From contig CAWBAN010000001.1 of assembly GCA_963786935.1 (NCBI GenBank), positions 256,001 to 320,000 of the forward strand: a stretch of DNA of 64,000 nt. The letters run 5' to 3'. How positions within the stretch are numbered: the first letter of the stretch is position 1; every line of letters starts with the position of its first letter. Below, piece by piece: positions 19,208 through 27,538 of the stretch. Position numbers and translations under genes: made by a program. The notes below the pieces were generated by a model. That model was not told the origin of the DNA. It did not search any database and worked only from the letters and a program-made list of their open reading frames with translations. This DNA comes from an uncultured bacterium. GTDB lineage: Bacteria > Krumholzibacteriota > Krumholzibacteriia > Krumholzibacteriales > Krumholzibacteriaceae.

Positions 19208-20014
19208 ATGAAACGTCCCGAGATCGGGCTCGCCCTGAGCGGCGGCGTGGCGAAGAGCGCGGCGCACATCGGGGTCCTTCGCGCCCTCGTCGAACAGAAG
19301 ATCAAGATCGACTATCTCGCCGGCACGAGCGGCGGCGCGATCGTGGCCTCGTTCTTCGCCGCGGGAAAATCGGTCGCCGAGCTCGAGGCGCTGGGCACGG
19401 GCATGCACTGGAAGGACCTCGCCGGGATCACAGTGCCCCGCCTCGGATTCCTTTCCGGCGAGAAGGTGAGGAAGTTCGTCGCGGACGAGATCGGGGACGT
19501 CGAGTTCCGCGATCTCAAGATCCCCCTCGCGATCGTCGCGTCCGATCTCACCGCGGGAACGCGCAGGGTGTTCACCACGGGGAAGGTCGCGCTCGCGTGC
19601 CAGGCGAGCAGCGCGGTCCCCGAGTTCTACACGCCGGTCGAAATCGGCGGGCATCTCTTCATCGACGGCGGGCTCTCGGAGTACGTTCCCATCGAGGCCC
19701 TCGCTTCGCTCGGGGATATGTTCCGGATCGGCGTCAATCTCGGCTTCGAGCGGGGATCGAAGCGCAAGCCGCGCAATCTCATTGAGGTGACCTTCGAGGT
19801 CACCAACTACATCTCGCAGCAGAACGCCGCGATCTCGGAGCGGCATGCGGACTTCATGATCAAGCCCGATCTCAGCGCATTCACGCCGTTCGACCTCGTC
19901 CGAGCCGCGGAGATGATCAGGACCGGATATCTCGAGACGATGCGCATCATCCCGGAGCTCAACGCGGCGCTTCTCGCCCGCGGCGCGGGACCAGCGACGG
20001 AGGACACGGCATGA
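19208..20014 (+). CDS. Patatin-like phospholipase (RssA/NTE family)
   Basis: LALSGG...AHIGVL, GTSGG nucleophile and DGG motifs. Confidence 0.9.
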   Translation: MKRPEIGLALSGGVAKSAAHIGVLRALVEQKIKIDYLAGTSGGAIVASFFAAGKSVAELEALGTGMHWKDLAGITVPRLGFLSGEKVRKFVADEIGDVEFRDLKIPLAIVASDLTAGTRRVFTTGKVALACQASSAVPEFYTPVEIGGHLFIDGGLSEYVPIEALASLGDMFRIGVNLGFERGSKRKPRNLIEVTFEVTNYISQQNAAISERHADFMIKPDLSAFTPFDLVRAAEMIRTGYLETMRIIPELNAALLARGAGPATEDTA

Positions 20015-20856
20015 AGCTCGGTCAGTTCGAAATCAGGGCGGTCGAAACGGGGCGGTTCAGGCTCGACGGGGGGGCGATGTTCGGCGTGGTGCCGAAGGTG
20101 CTCTGGAGCAGGACGAATCCCGCCGACGAGAGCAACCGGATCGCGATGGCGATGCGGGTCCTCTACGTCGAGGGGGACGGGCGCCGGCTCCTCGTCGACG
20201 GCGGCTCGGGCACGGATTTCGGCGAGAAGATGAATCGCATATACCAGATAGAGACGCGGGGGCTCCGCGCGGCGCTCGAGAGCGCGCGCATCGATCCCGA
20301 TTCGATCACCGACGCGATCGCGACGCATCTGCACTTCGATCACGCGGGGGGATTCTGCCGCCGCGGCCCCGGCGGAGGGATCGTCGTCACGCTGCCCCGG
20401 GCGATCCACCACATCCAGCGCCGGCAGTGGGAGACGGCGCTCAGCCCGACCGAGAAGGACCGCGCGAGCTTCTTCCCCGAGTTCCTCCTGCCGATCGAGA
20501 AGGCGGGGCTCCTGCGCCTCGCCGACGGCATCGTCGAGATATTCCCCGGCGTCACGCTTATCCCGACCGACGGACACACCTTCGGACACCAGGTCGTGCT
20601 CGTGTCGACCGCCGAGGGGAGTCTCCTGTACTGCGGCGATCTCATCCCGCTCGCATCGCACGTCAATCTGCCGTACATCATGGCGTACGATCATTTTCCC
20701 CTCAAGACGCTCGAGGAGAAGCGCCAGATGCTCGGGCGGGCCGCCGACGAGGGATGGATTCTCTTCTTCGAGCACGACCCCGAGATCGCCGCCGCGCGCG
20801 TGCGGCGGACCGATTCGGACGGATTCATAATCACGGACATCGTGGAGATCGGATAG
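20011..20856 (+). CDS. MBL-fold metallo-hydrolase (YtnP-like)
   Basis: LDGGAMFGVVPKVLW, THLHFDHAGG, GHT.GH and FFEHD motifs. Confidence 0.9.
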   Translation: MKLGQFEIRAVETGRFRLDGGAMFGVVPKVLWSRTNPADESNRIAMAMRVLYVEGDGRRLLVDGGSGTDFGEKMNRIYQIETRGLRAALESARIDPDSITDAIATHLHFDHAGGFCRRGPGGGIVVTLPRAIHHIQRRQWETALSPTEKDRASFFPEFLLPIEKAGLLRLADGIVEIFPGVTLIPTDGHTFGHQVVLVSTAEGSLLYCGDLIPLASHVNLPYIMAYDHFPLKTLEEKRQMLGRAADEGWILFFEHDPEIAAARVRRTDSDGFIITDIVEIG

Positions 20857-20862
20857 CGCCCC

Positions 20863-21414
20863 ATGGGAGACGATGCCGAGCTGATGCGTCGGACCGCGCG
20901 CGGGGATTCGAGCGCCTTTCGGGGGCTCGTGGAGCGCCACGAGAAAGCGGGCTTCCGCTTCTTCCTGCGCCTCACCGGCAGCCCCGAGGACGCCGAAGAT
21001 CTCACGCAGGAGCTCTTCGTCGCGATCTTCCGCTCGGCGGGGCGGTACACGGCCGATGCCCCCTTCAAAGCGTTTTTCTACCGCATCGCATCGAACCTCT
21101 CGGCGAGCTACCTGCGGAAGCGGAAGCTCCGGGCGGCGCCGTCGATCGACGAAATGGTCGATCGGGGTTTCGACGCGGCGTCCACGCGGCACGAGGACGA
21201 TCCGGCCCTGTCCCTCGCCGGACGGGAGCTGCGGCGGCGCTACGAACGCGCGCTCGCCGATCTTCCGCGCGACTGGCGGATTGCGCTCGAGCTGCGAGTC
21301 ACCGGGGAGCTCTCGTACGAGGAGATCGCCGCGGCGACGGGGAAGAGCGTCTCGGCGGTGGAGTCGATCCTCGTGAGGGCGCGTGAGCGCATAGCCGAGA
21401 AACTGGACGATTGA
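20863..21414 (+). CDS. ECF RNA polymerase sigma factor
   Basis: Region 2 DAEDLTQE..FYRIASN; region 4 LP....ALELR....LSYEEIA..G.S...V.S...RAR. Confidence 0.92.
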   Translation: MGDDAELMRRTARGDSSAFRGLVERHEKAGFRFFLRLTGSPEDAEDLTQELFVAIFRSAGRYTADAPFKAFFYRIASNLSASYLRKRKLRAAPSIDEMVDRGFDAASTRHEDDPALSLAGRELRRRYERALADLPRDWRIALELRVTGELSYEEIAAATGKSVSAVESILVRARERIAEKLDD

Positions 21415-21488
21415 TGAATATTTTTTCTATTTTTCCGCAGGACATCGCGCGCTCGCGCGATGAAACAGAGGAAGAGGAGGAGCCCGGA

Positions 21489-21935
21489 ATGGATTGCCGG
21501 AGATTTCGGACGATGGTTTCCCGGGAGCTCGACGGAGCGCTCGACGGGGCCGGACGGGAAAAGCTCGACGCGCACCTCGCCTTATGCGGGGGGTGCCGGA
21601 GATTCAAGGAGCTTTCGCTCGCCGGCCTGTCGGCGCATCGCTCCGTGCGGGACGTCGAACCGCCCCCATCGCTGCTGCCGTCGATACTCGCGGCCGTCGA
21701 GGCCGCCCCGCGCCGGCGGCGGATGAGCGGATGGCTGCGGATCGCCGTGCCGGCCGCGGCCGCGGCCGCGGCGGTCGTCGGCGTCTGGATGGGAGGTCTC
21801 ATGCGCGAGACCTACGTTCCGGCGGGCGCGGGAAGCCAGACGGACGTTCTCGAGCTCACGTATCTCGACGAATATCCGCCCGGCTCGATGGGCGACATCC
21901 TCATGGTTTCGAACGGAGGAGGCGGAGATGAGTAG
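21489..21935 (+). CDS. Zinc-finger (zf-HC2) anti-sigma factor with one TM
   Basis: MDC...LDG.L.....LDAHLALCGGC (HxxxCxxC), followed by a hydrophobic helix. Directly follows the ECF sigma gene. Confidence 0.88.
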   Translation: MDCRRFRTMVSRELDGALDGAGREKLDAHLALCGGCRRFKELSLAGLSAHRSVRDVEPPPSLLPSILAAVEAAPRRRRMSGWLRIAVPAAAAAAAVVGVWMGGLMRETYVPAGAGSQTDVLELTYLDEYPPGSMGDILMVSNGGGGDE

Positions 21936-22458
21936 GGACGGCTTGAAGATCGCCCTCGTTCTGTCTCTTGCCTTCAACGTGGCCGTGATCGGGGCCTTCA
22001 TCTACGGTCTGGCCGGCGGGCCGATGCCGGGACGGTTCGGCCGTCCGCCGGCGTGCGGGCCGGGAGATCCGTTCGGCGGCCGCGGGATACGGCTCGCGAG
22101 GCAGATCGGCGTTCCGCACGAGCGCGCCATGCATTTCTCGCGGATCATGGCCGATTCGGCGGAAGGCATGCGGGATCTGCGCGAGACCCTGCAGCGCAGA
22201 CGCGGAGAGCTCGTCGAGCTCATCGGCGCGAGCGAGCCCGACGAGGCGGCGATCATGGCGAAGGTCGATGAAATATCGGCCATTCAGGGACAATTGGAGC
22301 GGAAGCTCATCCACCGGGTGCTGGGAGCGAGCTCGACGCTGCGGCCGCAGGAGCGGGCGCGGCTCATGCTCATGATTCGAACCAGATGCGGTGGGTGCGA
22401 CATTGGTGTTCCGGAATGCCCCGAAGGGGCGGGAAAGGAAAGTGAGGTCGGGAAATGA
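21928..22458 (+). CDS. Periplasmic heavy-metal sensor / Spy-CpxP-ZraP-like protein
   Basis: N-terminal TM LVLSLAFNVAVIGAF, helical core (PDEAAI...EI...Q.QLE) and LRPQER motif. Confidence 0.8.
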   Translation: MSRDGLKIALVLSLAFNVAVIGAFIYGLAGGPMPGRFGRPPACGPGDPFGGRGIRLARQIGVPHERAMHFSRIMADSAEGMRDLRETLQRRRGELVELIGASEPDEAAIMAKVDEISAIQGQLERKLIHRVLGASSTLRPQERARLMLMIRTRCGGCDIGVPECPEGAGKESEVGK

Positions 22459-23396
22459 AGAAAGGTCTCGTGATTCTCGTTGCTCTGTCGATCGCGCTGC
22501 TCATGGGCTCGTCGATGCTTCTCGCGCAGGAAAAGGCGTGCGCCGAAAAGGGGAAGGCGGCGTGCGCAAAGGAGATGAAGCTCACCGACGAGCAGAAGGC
22601 GAAAATCGATGAGATGAAGACGAACCTCCGCCTGAAGATGATCGATCTCAAGGCGGAACGGGAAAAGCTCGCCATCGCGCTGAAGACGGAGATGAAGAAG
22701 CCGGAGCCCTCCATGCAGGAGATCGAGGGAATCGTGAAGAAGCTCTCCGCGGTTCGGGAGAAGATCCAGCTCGCGATGATCGAGCACCGGCTCGCGATGC
22801 GGAAGCTCGTCGGTCCCGAGGGCTGCAAGGGCCGATGCATGGGAATGGAAGAAGGGTGCGGGGAGATGGAGGCAATGGGCGGCTGCCGCGAGGAAATGGC
22901 GGGCGGCGGCGAGGGGCATGACTGCCGAATGATGGGAAATAAGCAGAAAGGGATGCGCGAGGGATGCGGGATGCAGGCCCCGCGCATGATGGTTGTCAAA
23001 ACCGACGGATCCGGCTGCACGATGGGGCAGGGCGCGCCGGGGGCCGGCTGCGGCATGCGCGCCATGGCCGCCGGCTGCGGCGGCGGCGCCGCGCAGAGCG
23101 AGTGCACGGTCATCGTGATGAAGAAGGGTGGAGCGTGCTCCCCGCAGATTCACGACAAATGGGCCCATAGAATGTTCCGGCCGTGGGGCAAGCAGAACTG
23201 CTGCCCGTCGATGATGGGAAAAGGCGGCGCGCATAGCTGCGGCGCGGACGCGATGAAGGGCGGCTGCAAGATGGGAAAGGCCGACATGAACAGCGGCTGC
23301 AAGATGGGGAAGGGTGGCGCCGAGGGCTGCATGAAGAAATGCGCCGAGAAAGAGATCAAGTGCGAGGTGAAGGTCACGGAAGAGCCGAAGAAGTAA
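22455..23396 (+). CDS. Exported Spy/CpxP/ZraP-like protein with long Cys/Met/Gly/Lys-rich tail
   Basis: Signal peptide, LTDEQKAKI motif and helical domain, then about 190 aa of GC(x)M-rich low-complexity sequence. Confidence 0.78.
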   Translation: MKKGLVILVALSIALLMGSSMLLAQEKACAEKGKAACAKEMKLTDEQKAKIDEMKTNLRLKMIDLKAEREKLAIALKTEMKKPEPSMQEIEGIVKKLSAVREKIQLAMIEHRLAMRKLVGPEGCKGRCMGMEEGCGEMEAMGGCREEMAGGGEGHDCRMMGNKQKGMREGCGMQAPRMMVVKTDGSGCTMGQGAPGAGCGMRAMAAGCGGGAAQSECTVIVMKKGGACSPQIHDKWAHRMFRPWGKQNCCPSMMGKGGAHSCGADAMKGGCKMGKADMNSGCKMGKGGAEGCMKKCAEKEIKCEVKVTEEPKK

Positions 23397-23425
23397 CGTC
23401 GTTTTCCATACGGGGGGAACGTCGA

Positions 23426-23492
23426 GGGGCGGCCGCGCGGCCGCCCCGGAATATTCATCGAGGCGGCTATCGAGCCGCCTCGATCTCTTTAT
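23426..23492. terminator. Tandem hairpins between convergent genes (probable terminator)
   Basis: Perfect palindrome GGGGCGGCCGCGCGGCCGCCCC at 23426-23447, and a 12-bp stem ATCGAGGCGGCT-ATCG-AGCCGCCTCGAT at 23457-23484 followed by CTCTTTAT. Confidence 0.7.
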
Positions 23493-23499
23493 CCGCCCG

Positions 23500-24177
23500 T
23501 CACAGGCGGATCGCCGTCGTGAAATAGAAGAACAGGCCGCTGTAGTCGATTTCCATCTTCATGCCCGGCTCGAACGAAGCGGGATCGCCGTACTTGTCCG
23601 TGAAGTCCGTGATCTTGAGCCCGCGATACCCGAGCTGAAAGCCGACCTCGATCGGATTCATGAAATTCGTGTGGGCCTCCGCGTAGATCTCGTATCCCTC
23701 GTCCTTTCCCTTATACTCGGAGAACCGGCGCTCGATGACCTCGTTTGTGCCGTAAACCGCTTCGGCGAAGCAGTAATTCGATCCGACGCACAGGTTCATC
23801 GCGTTTTCGATCTTGATCGCCGCGACGATCGCCCCCACGGTGTACACGTCGCCCGGAGCGCGATACGAGAGGGTGGCGGACGATCCCTCGGATTCCGTCT
23901 CCCCCCAGAAGTGCTCGAACCCCCCCGTGAGCGCCACGAGGCCGTACATCCAGGCCCTTCCCTCGATGCGGAAATTCACGCCGCTCGTCAGCCCGTCGAA
24001 TTTCACGTTCCGTTCCTGCGCGACGTGCCCGAGATGCGTGTTCAGCGCCTCCATATCGTAGTACCCGGCGCCGATGCCGCCGACCACCGAAAAGCCCAAC
24101 GGGAAGGATTCGGCCCGCGCGAACGCGAGCACGAGCACCGTCAGAAAAAAAACCGCCGTTCGAATGCCGCGCATCAT
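23500..24177 (-). CDS. Hypothetical exported protein, probable outer-membrane beta-barrel
   Basis: Signal peptide ending ARA, and alternating beta-strand pattern (VGFQLGYR, IDYSGLFFYFTTAIRL). Confidence 0.65.
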   Translation of the reverse strand: MMRGIRTAVFFLTVLVLAFARAESFPLGFSVVGGIGAGYYDMEALNTHLGHVAQERNVKFDGLTSGVNFRIEGRAWMYGLVALTGGFEHFWGETESEGSSATLSYRAPGDVYTVGAIVAAIKIENAMNLCVGSNYCFAEAVYGTNEVIERRFSEYKGKDEGYEIYAEAHTNFMNPIEVGFQLGYRGLKITDFTDKYGDPASFEPGMKMEIDYSGLFFYFTTAIRL

Positions 24178-24214
24178 ATCGTCTCCTTCACTGATGGTCA
24201 TCCGGCGCGCCGTG

Positions 24215-25414
24215 TCATGGCGCGCTCCGCTCGAGATATCCCGCGAGCCTGCGCATCCCCTCGACGATGTTCTCGAGCGAGTTCGCGTAGGAAATCCGCA
24301 CATATCCCTCGCCGTGCTCGCCGAAGTCGATTCCGGGCGTCACGGCGACCCCCGCTTTGTCGAGTAGGTCGAAGGCGAGTGCGTACGAGTCCGCGCCGAA
24401 CGCGGACGCGTTCACGAAAAAGTAGAACGCCCCCTGCGGCTCGACGGGACAGCGGAGGCCGAGCTTCGGGAGCGCTTCCAATAGGTACTTGCGTCGGGCG
24501 TCGTACTGACGCCTCATATCCTCGATCTCGGGATGATTCTCCGTGAGCGCCGCGATTCCGCCGCGCTGGACGAAGGAGTTCGGGCAGATGAAGAAATTCT
24601 GCTGGAGAATCTGGAGGCGCCTCATATGGCGCGCGGGCGCGATGATATAGCCGAGCCGCCAGCCCGTCATCGCGAAGAGCTTCGAGAAGCCGTTGAGGAC
24701 GAACGCGTCGTCCGCGAACTCGAGGGCGGAATGCTCCGTGTCCCCGTACACGAGGCCGTGATAAATCTCGTCCGAGATCACCGGAACGCCGAGGCCGCAG
24801 ATCTCGGCGAGGTCCCGCTTCGGGATCAGCGTGCCGGCGGGATTCGAGGGGGAATTGACGATGACGGCGCGGGTCCGGGGGCCGATCGCCGCGCGGACGG
24901 CGTCCGGTTTGAGCTGAAATCCCTCCTCCTCGACGACCCGTATGCACCGGGGCGTCCCCCGGAGATACTTGATGAAATTCGAATAGCACGGGTAGCCCGG
25001 ATTGCCGATGATGATCTCGTCCCCCGGATCCTCGATGAGGAGCGAGAGAACGAGGAGCATCGCGGGGGAGGTTCCCATCGTCACAATGACGCGCTCTTCG
25101 GCCACGCGCGATCCGTAGCGGCGCTCGTGGTACCGGGCGACGGCCGCGCGGAGCTCCGCGATGCCGCGGCTGTCGGTATAGTGCGTTTCTCCTTTCGCGA
25201 GGGCCTCCGTCGCGGCACGGACGATGCGGGGAGGCGTCGGGAAGTCGGGCTCACCGACCTCGAGGTGGATGATCGAGCGTCCTTCGCGCTCGAGGGCGAG
25301 CGCCTTCTCGAGCACTTCCATGACGATGAAGGGGCGCAGCGCCGACAATCGATCCGCCCCGCCGCCAGGGGCTTCGGGCGCGCGATTCCCGGCGGATGTT
25401 CTGCTCGATTTCAT
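24215..25414 (-). CDS. PLP-dependent aminotransferase class I/II (aspartate aminotransferase-like)
   Basis: GEPDF, NSPSNPAG, SDEIY and GFSKLFAMTGWRLGY motifs. Confidence 0.92.
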   Translation of the reverse strand: MKSSRTSAGNRAPEAPGGGADRLSALRPFIVMEVLEKALALEREGRSIIHLEVGEPDFPTPPRIVRAATEALAKGETHYTDSRGIAELRAAVARYHERRYGSRVAEERVIVTMGTSPAMLLVLSLLIEDPGDEIIIGNPGYPCYSNFIKYLRGTPRCIRVVEEEGFQLKPDAVRAAIGPRTRAVIVNSPSNPAGTLIPKRDLAEICGLGVPVISDEIYHGLVYGDTEHSALEFADDAFVLNGFSKLFAMTGWRLGYIIAPARHMRRLQILQQNFFICPNSFVQRGGIAALTENHPEIEDMRRQYDARRKYLLEALPKLGLRCPVEPQGAFYFFVNASAFGADSYALAFDLLDKAGVAVTPGIDFGEHGEGYVRISYANSLENIVEGMRRLAGYLERSAP

Positions 25415-25507
25415 GCGTCCATTCTCGAAAAAGTCCCACGGTGCCGGCACGATATACATGAAACATAATCTCGGAGCCGGAGCCAAGTCAAACACATCGT
25501 TCGGCGG

Positions 25508-26290
25508 TCAACGTCGGGCCAGCCGGTCGGGGCGCATCAGGGCGACCGTCCAGTGCCGTCCCGTGACGCCGCCGTCGCGCCGGTGCGAATAGAAGAGCGA
25601 AGGGGTGCATGCCGTGCAGAGCCGCGACGAAAAGACGTTCCGGCTCCTGATGCCGTTCGCGACGAGGTCGCGGCGTATGAACGCGGCGAGGTCGAGACGC
25701 CATCGTCCGCCCCCGTAGCGCCTGACCTCCTTCGGGAAGCGGAGCGCGTCCTCGCGGGAGACGGTGTAGCATTCTCCGCAGACGCCGGGCCCGACGACGG
25801 CGATCGCGTACGCCGGATCGATCCGGAACCGCTCGCGCAGCAGATCGACGGCCCGTCCGACGATTCCCCCCTCGGCCCCCCGCCTACCGACGTGCAGCGC
25901 CGCGAGCGCGCGCTCCGGAGGGGAGTAGATCACGACGGAGTAGCAATCGGCCGTGCTGATGGCGAGCGCGAGGCCGCGTTTCGCCGTTGCGAAGCCGTCG
26001 AATCCGGGGTAATGTCCGCCCCTCGTCACGACGGCGATCTCGGTGCCGTGAATCTGCCCGGTGCGGGCGAGGGATCGGGGGGCGATCCCGAGCGTCTCGA
26101 GGAGCAATGCCCTGTTGCGCCGGATGTTATCGGGACGGTCTCCGAGCGTCCCTCCGAGATTGAGCGAATCGAACGGAGGGAGGCTCGCGCCGCCGCTCCG
26201 CGTCGTGACGAAGACCTCGAGATCCGGGGCGATCGCCTTGAGAGCGGGATAGGTGCCGAGCGTGAGTCCTGCGCGCGTGATCCATTCCAT
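25508..26290 (-). CDS. pgeF: YfiH/PgeF family protein (peptidoglycan editing factor / purine nucleoside phosphorylase)
   Basis: TTRSGG.S..PFDSLNL, QIHG, TADC and CTAC...FYSHRR motifs. Confidence 0.88.
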   Translation of the reverse strand: MEWITRAGLTLGTYPALKAIAPDLEVFVTTRSGGASLPPFDSLNLGGTLGDRPDNIRRNRALLLETLGIAPRSLARTGQIHGTEIAVVTRGGHYPGFDGFATAKRGLALAISTADCYSVVIYSPPERALAALHVGRRGAEGGIVGRAVDLLRERFRIDPAYAIAVVGPGVCGECYTVSREDALRFPKEVRRYGGGRWRLDLAAFIRRDLVANGIRSRNVFSSRLCTACTPSLFYSHRRDGGVTGRHWTVALMRPDRLARR

Positions 26291-26368
26291 ATTTGTCCTG
26301 TTGACAACCGGCGACCGGATAAGGATAGCTTATCGCATGATCTTTTCAAGAAATGTCGGAGGCGTCTC

Positions 26369-27538
26369 ATGAAATATTTCGAAGGATACCGCTGCTCGTC
26401 GTGCGGCCGCGAGATCCCCGCCGGTTCCGCCGCCGGGGAATGCCCCGCCTGCGCCGGCCCGCTCCTCTGCGTCTATGACCTCGCGGCCCTGCGGAGGAGC
26501 GCGGCGGGGCGGACCGCGTCCGCGGCGCGGCCGGAGGGGGGAGTCTGGCGCTACGGAGATCTGCTCCCCCGCTTCGCGCGGCGCATCACGCTCGGGGAGG
26601 GGGCGACGCCCCTGATTCGCGCGGATCGTCTCGGCGAGACGATCGGGGCGCGCGATCTCTACATCAAGGACGAATCGTCGAATCCAACCGGCTCGTTCAA
26701 GGCGCGCGGGATGGCGGTCGCCGTCTCGCGGCTCGCGGAGCTCGGCGTGAAGAAGGCGTACGTGCCCTCGGCCGGCAACGCGGGGCTCGCGCTCGCGGCC
26801 TACGGCGCGGCCGCGGGCATCCCGAGCCATATCTTCATCCCGTCGGAAACGCCCGCGGGAGTCGCCGAGGAGTGTGCCCTCTACGGCGCCGAGGTCACCG
26901 TCGTCCCGGGGATTCTGCCCGACGCCGCGCGCGCCCTCGACGCGTCGGTATCGGGGGACCGGACGGGAATCGTGAGCACGTTCCGCGAGCCGTGCCGCGT
27001 CGAGGGAAAGAAGACGATCGTCTTCGAGATCGAGGACGAGATCGAACCCGATTGGATCGTGTTTCCCACGGGAGGGGGTACCGGCATCGTCGCGTTCTGG
27101 AAGGCGTATCGGGAGCTCGAAGCGCTCGGACGGCTCCGGCGCCCGATGCCGCGTCTCGTCGCGGTGCAGGCGGAGGGCTGCGCGCCGCTCGTCAAGGCCT
27201 TCGCGGAGGGGGCGGAGCGCGCCGTTCCGTGGAACGATCCCGTCACGATCGCCTCGGGAATCCGCGTCCCGTCGTCGCGGGCGGACGCGCTCATCCTCCG
27301 ATCGCTCCGCGAGAGCGGGGGAACGGCCGTCTCGGTGGCGGACGCGGAGATCATCGACGCCGTGGGGGAGATCGCGCGCGCGACCGGGATATTCGCCTCG
27401 CCCGAGGGCGCGGCGACGTGGGCGGGACTCAAGCGGCTCGTGCGGGAGAATACGGTGAGCCCCTCCGCGCGCATCGTGATCGTCAATACAGCGGGAGGGG
27501 CTCGATATCGTTTCCTGCTCGATTCGCGCGGGCTCTGA
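26369..27538 (+). CDS. thrC: Threonine synthase
   Basis: N-terminal CxxC..CxxC, TLGEGATPL, KDE..NPTGSFKARG, SAGNAG, EGKKT, PTGGG and AVQAEGC motifs. Confidence 0.88.
   Translation: MKYFEGYRCSSCGREIPAGSAAGECPACAGPLLCVYDLAALRRSAAGRTASAARPEGGVWRYGDLLPRFARRITLGEGATPLIRADRLGETIGARDLYIKDESSNPTGSFKARGMAVAVSRLAELGVKKAYVPSAGNAGLALAAYGAAAGIPSHIFIPSETPAGVAEECALYGAEVTVVPGILPDAARALDASVSGDRTGIVSTFREPCRVEGKKTIVFEIEDEIEPDWIVFPTGGGTGIVAFWKAYRELEALGRLRRPMPRLVAVQAEGCAPLVKAFAEGAERAVPWNDPVTIASGIRVPSSRADALILRSLRESGGTAVSVADAEIIDAVGEIARATGIFASPEGAATWAGLKRLVRENTVSPSARIVIVNTAGGARYRFLLDSRGL

Noticed and set aside
19208..20014. Patatin glycine-rich loop variant (SGGVAKS)
   Set aside because: The catalytic GxSxG and DGG motifs are intact, and the variation is within the normal family range.
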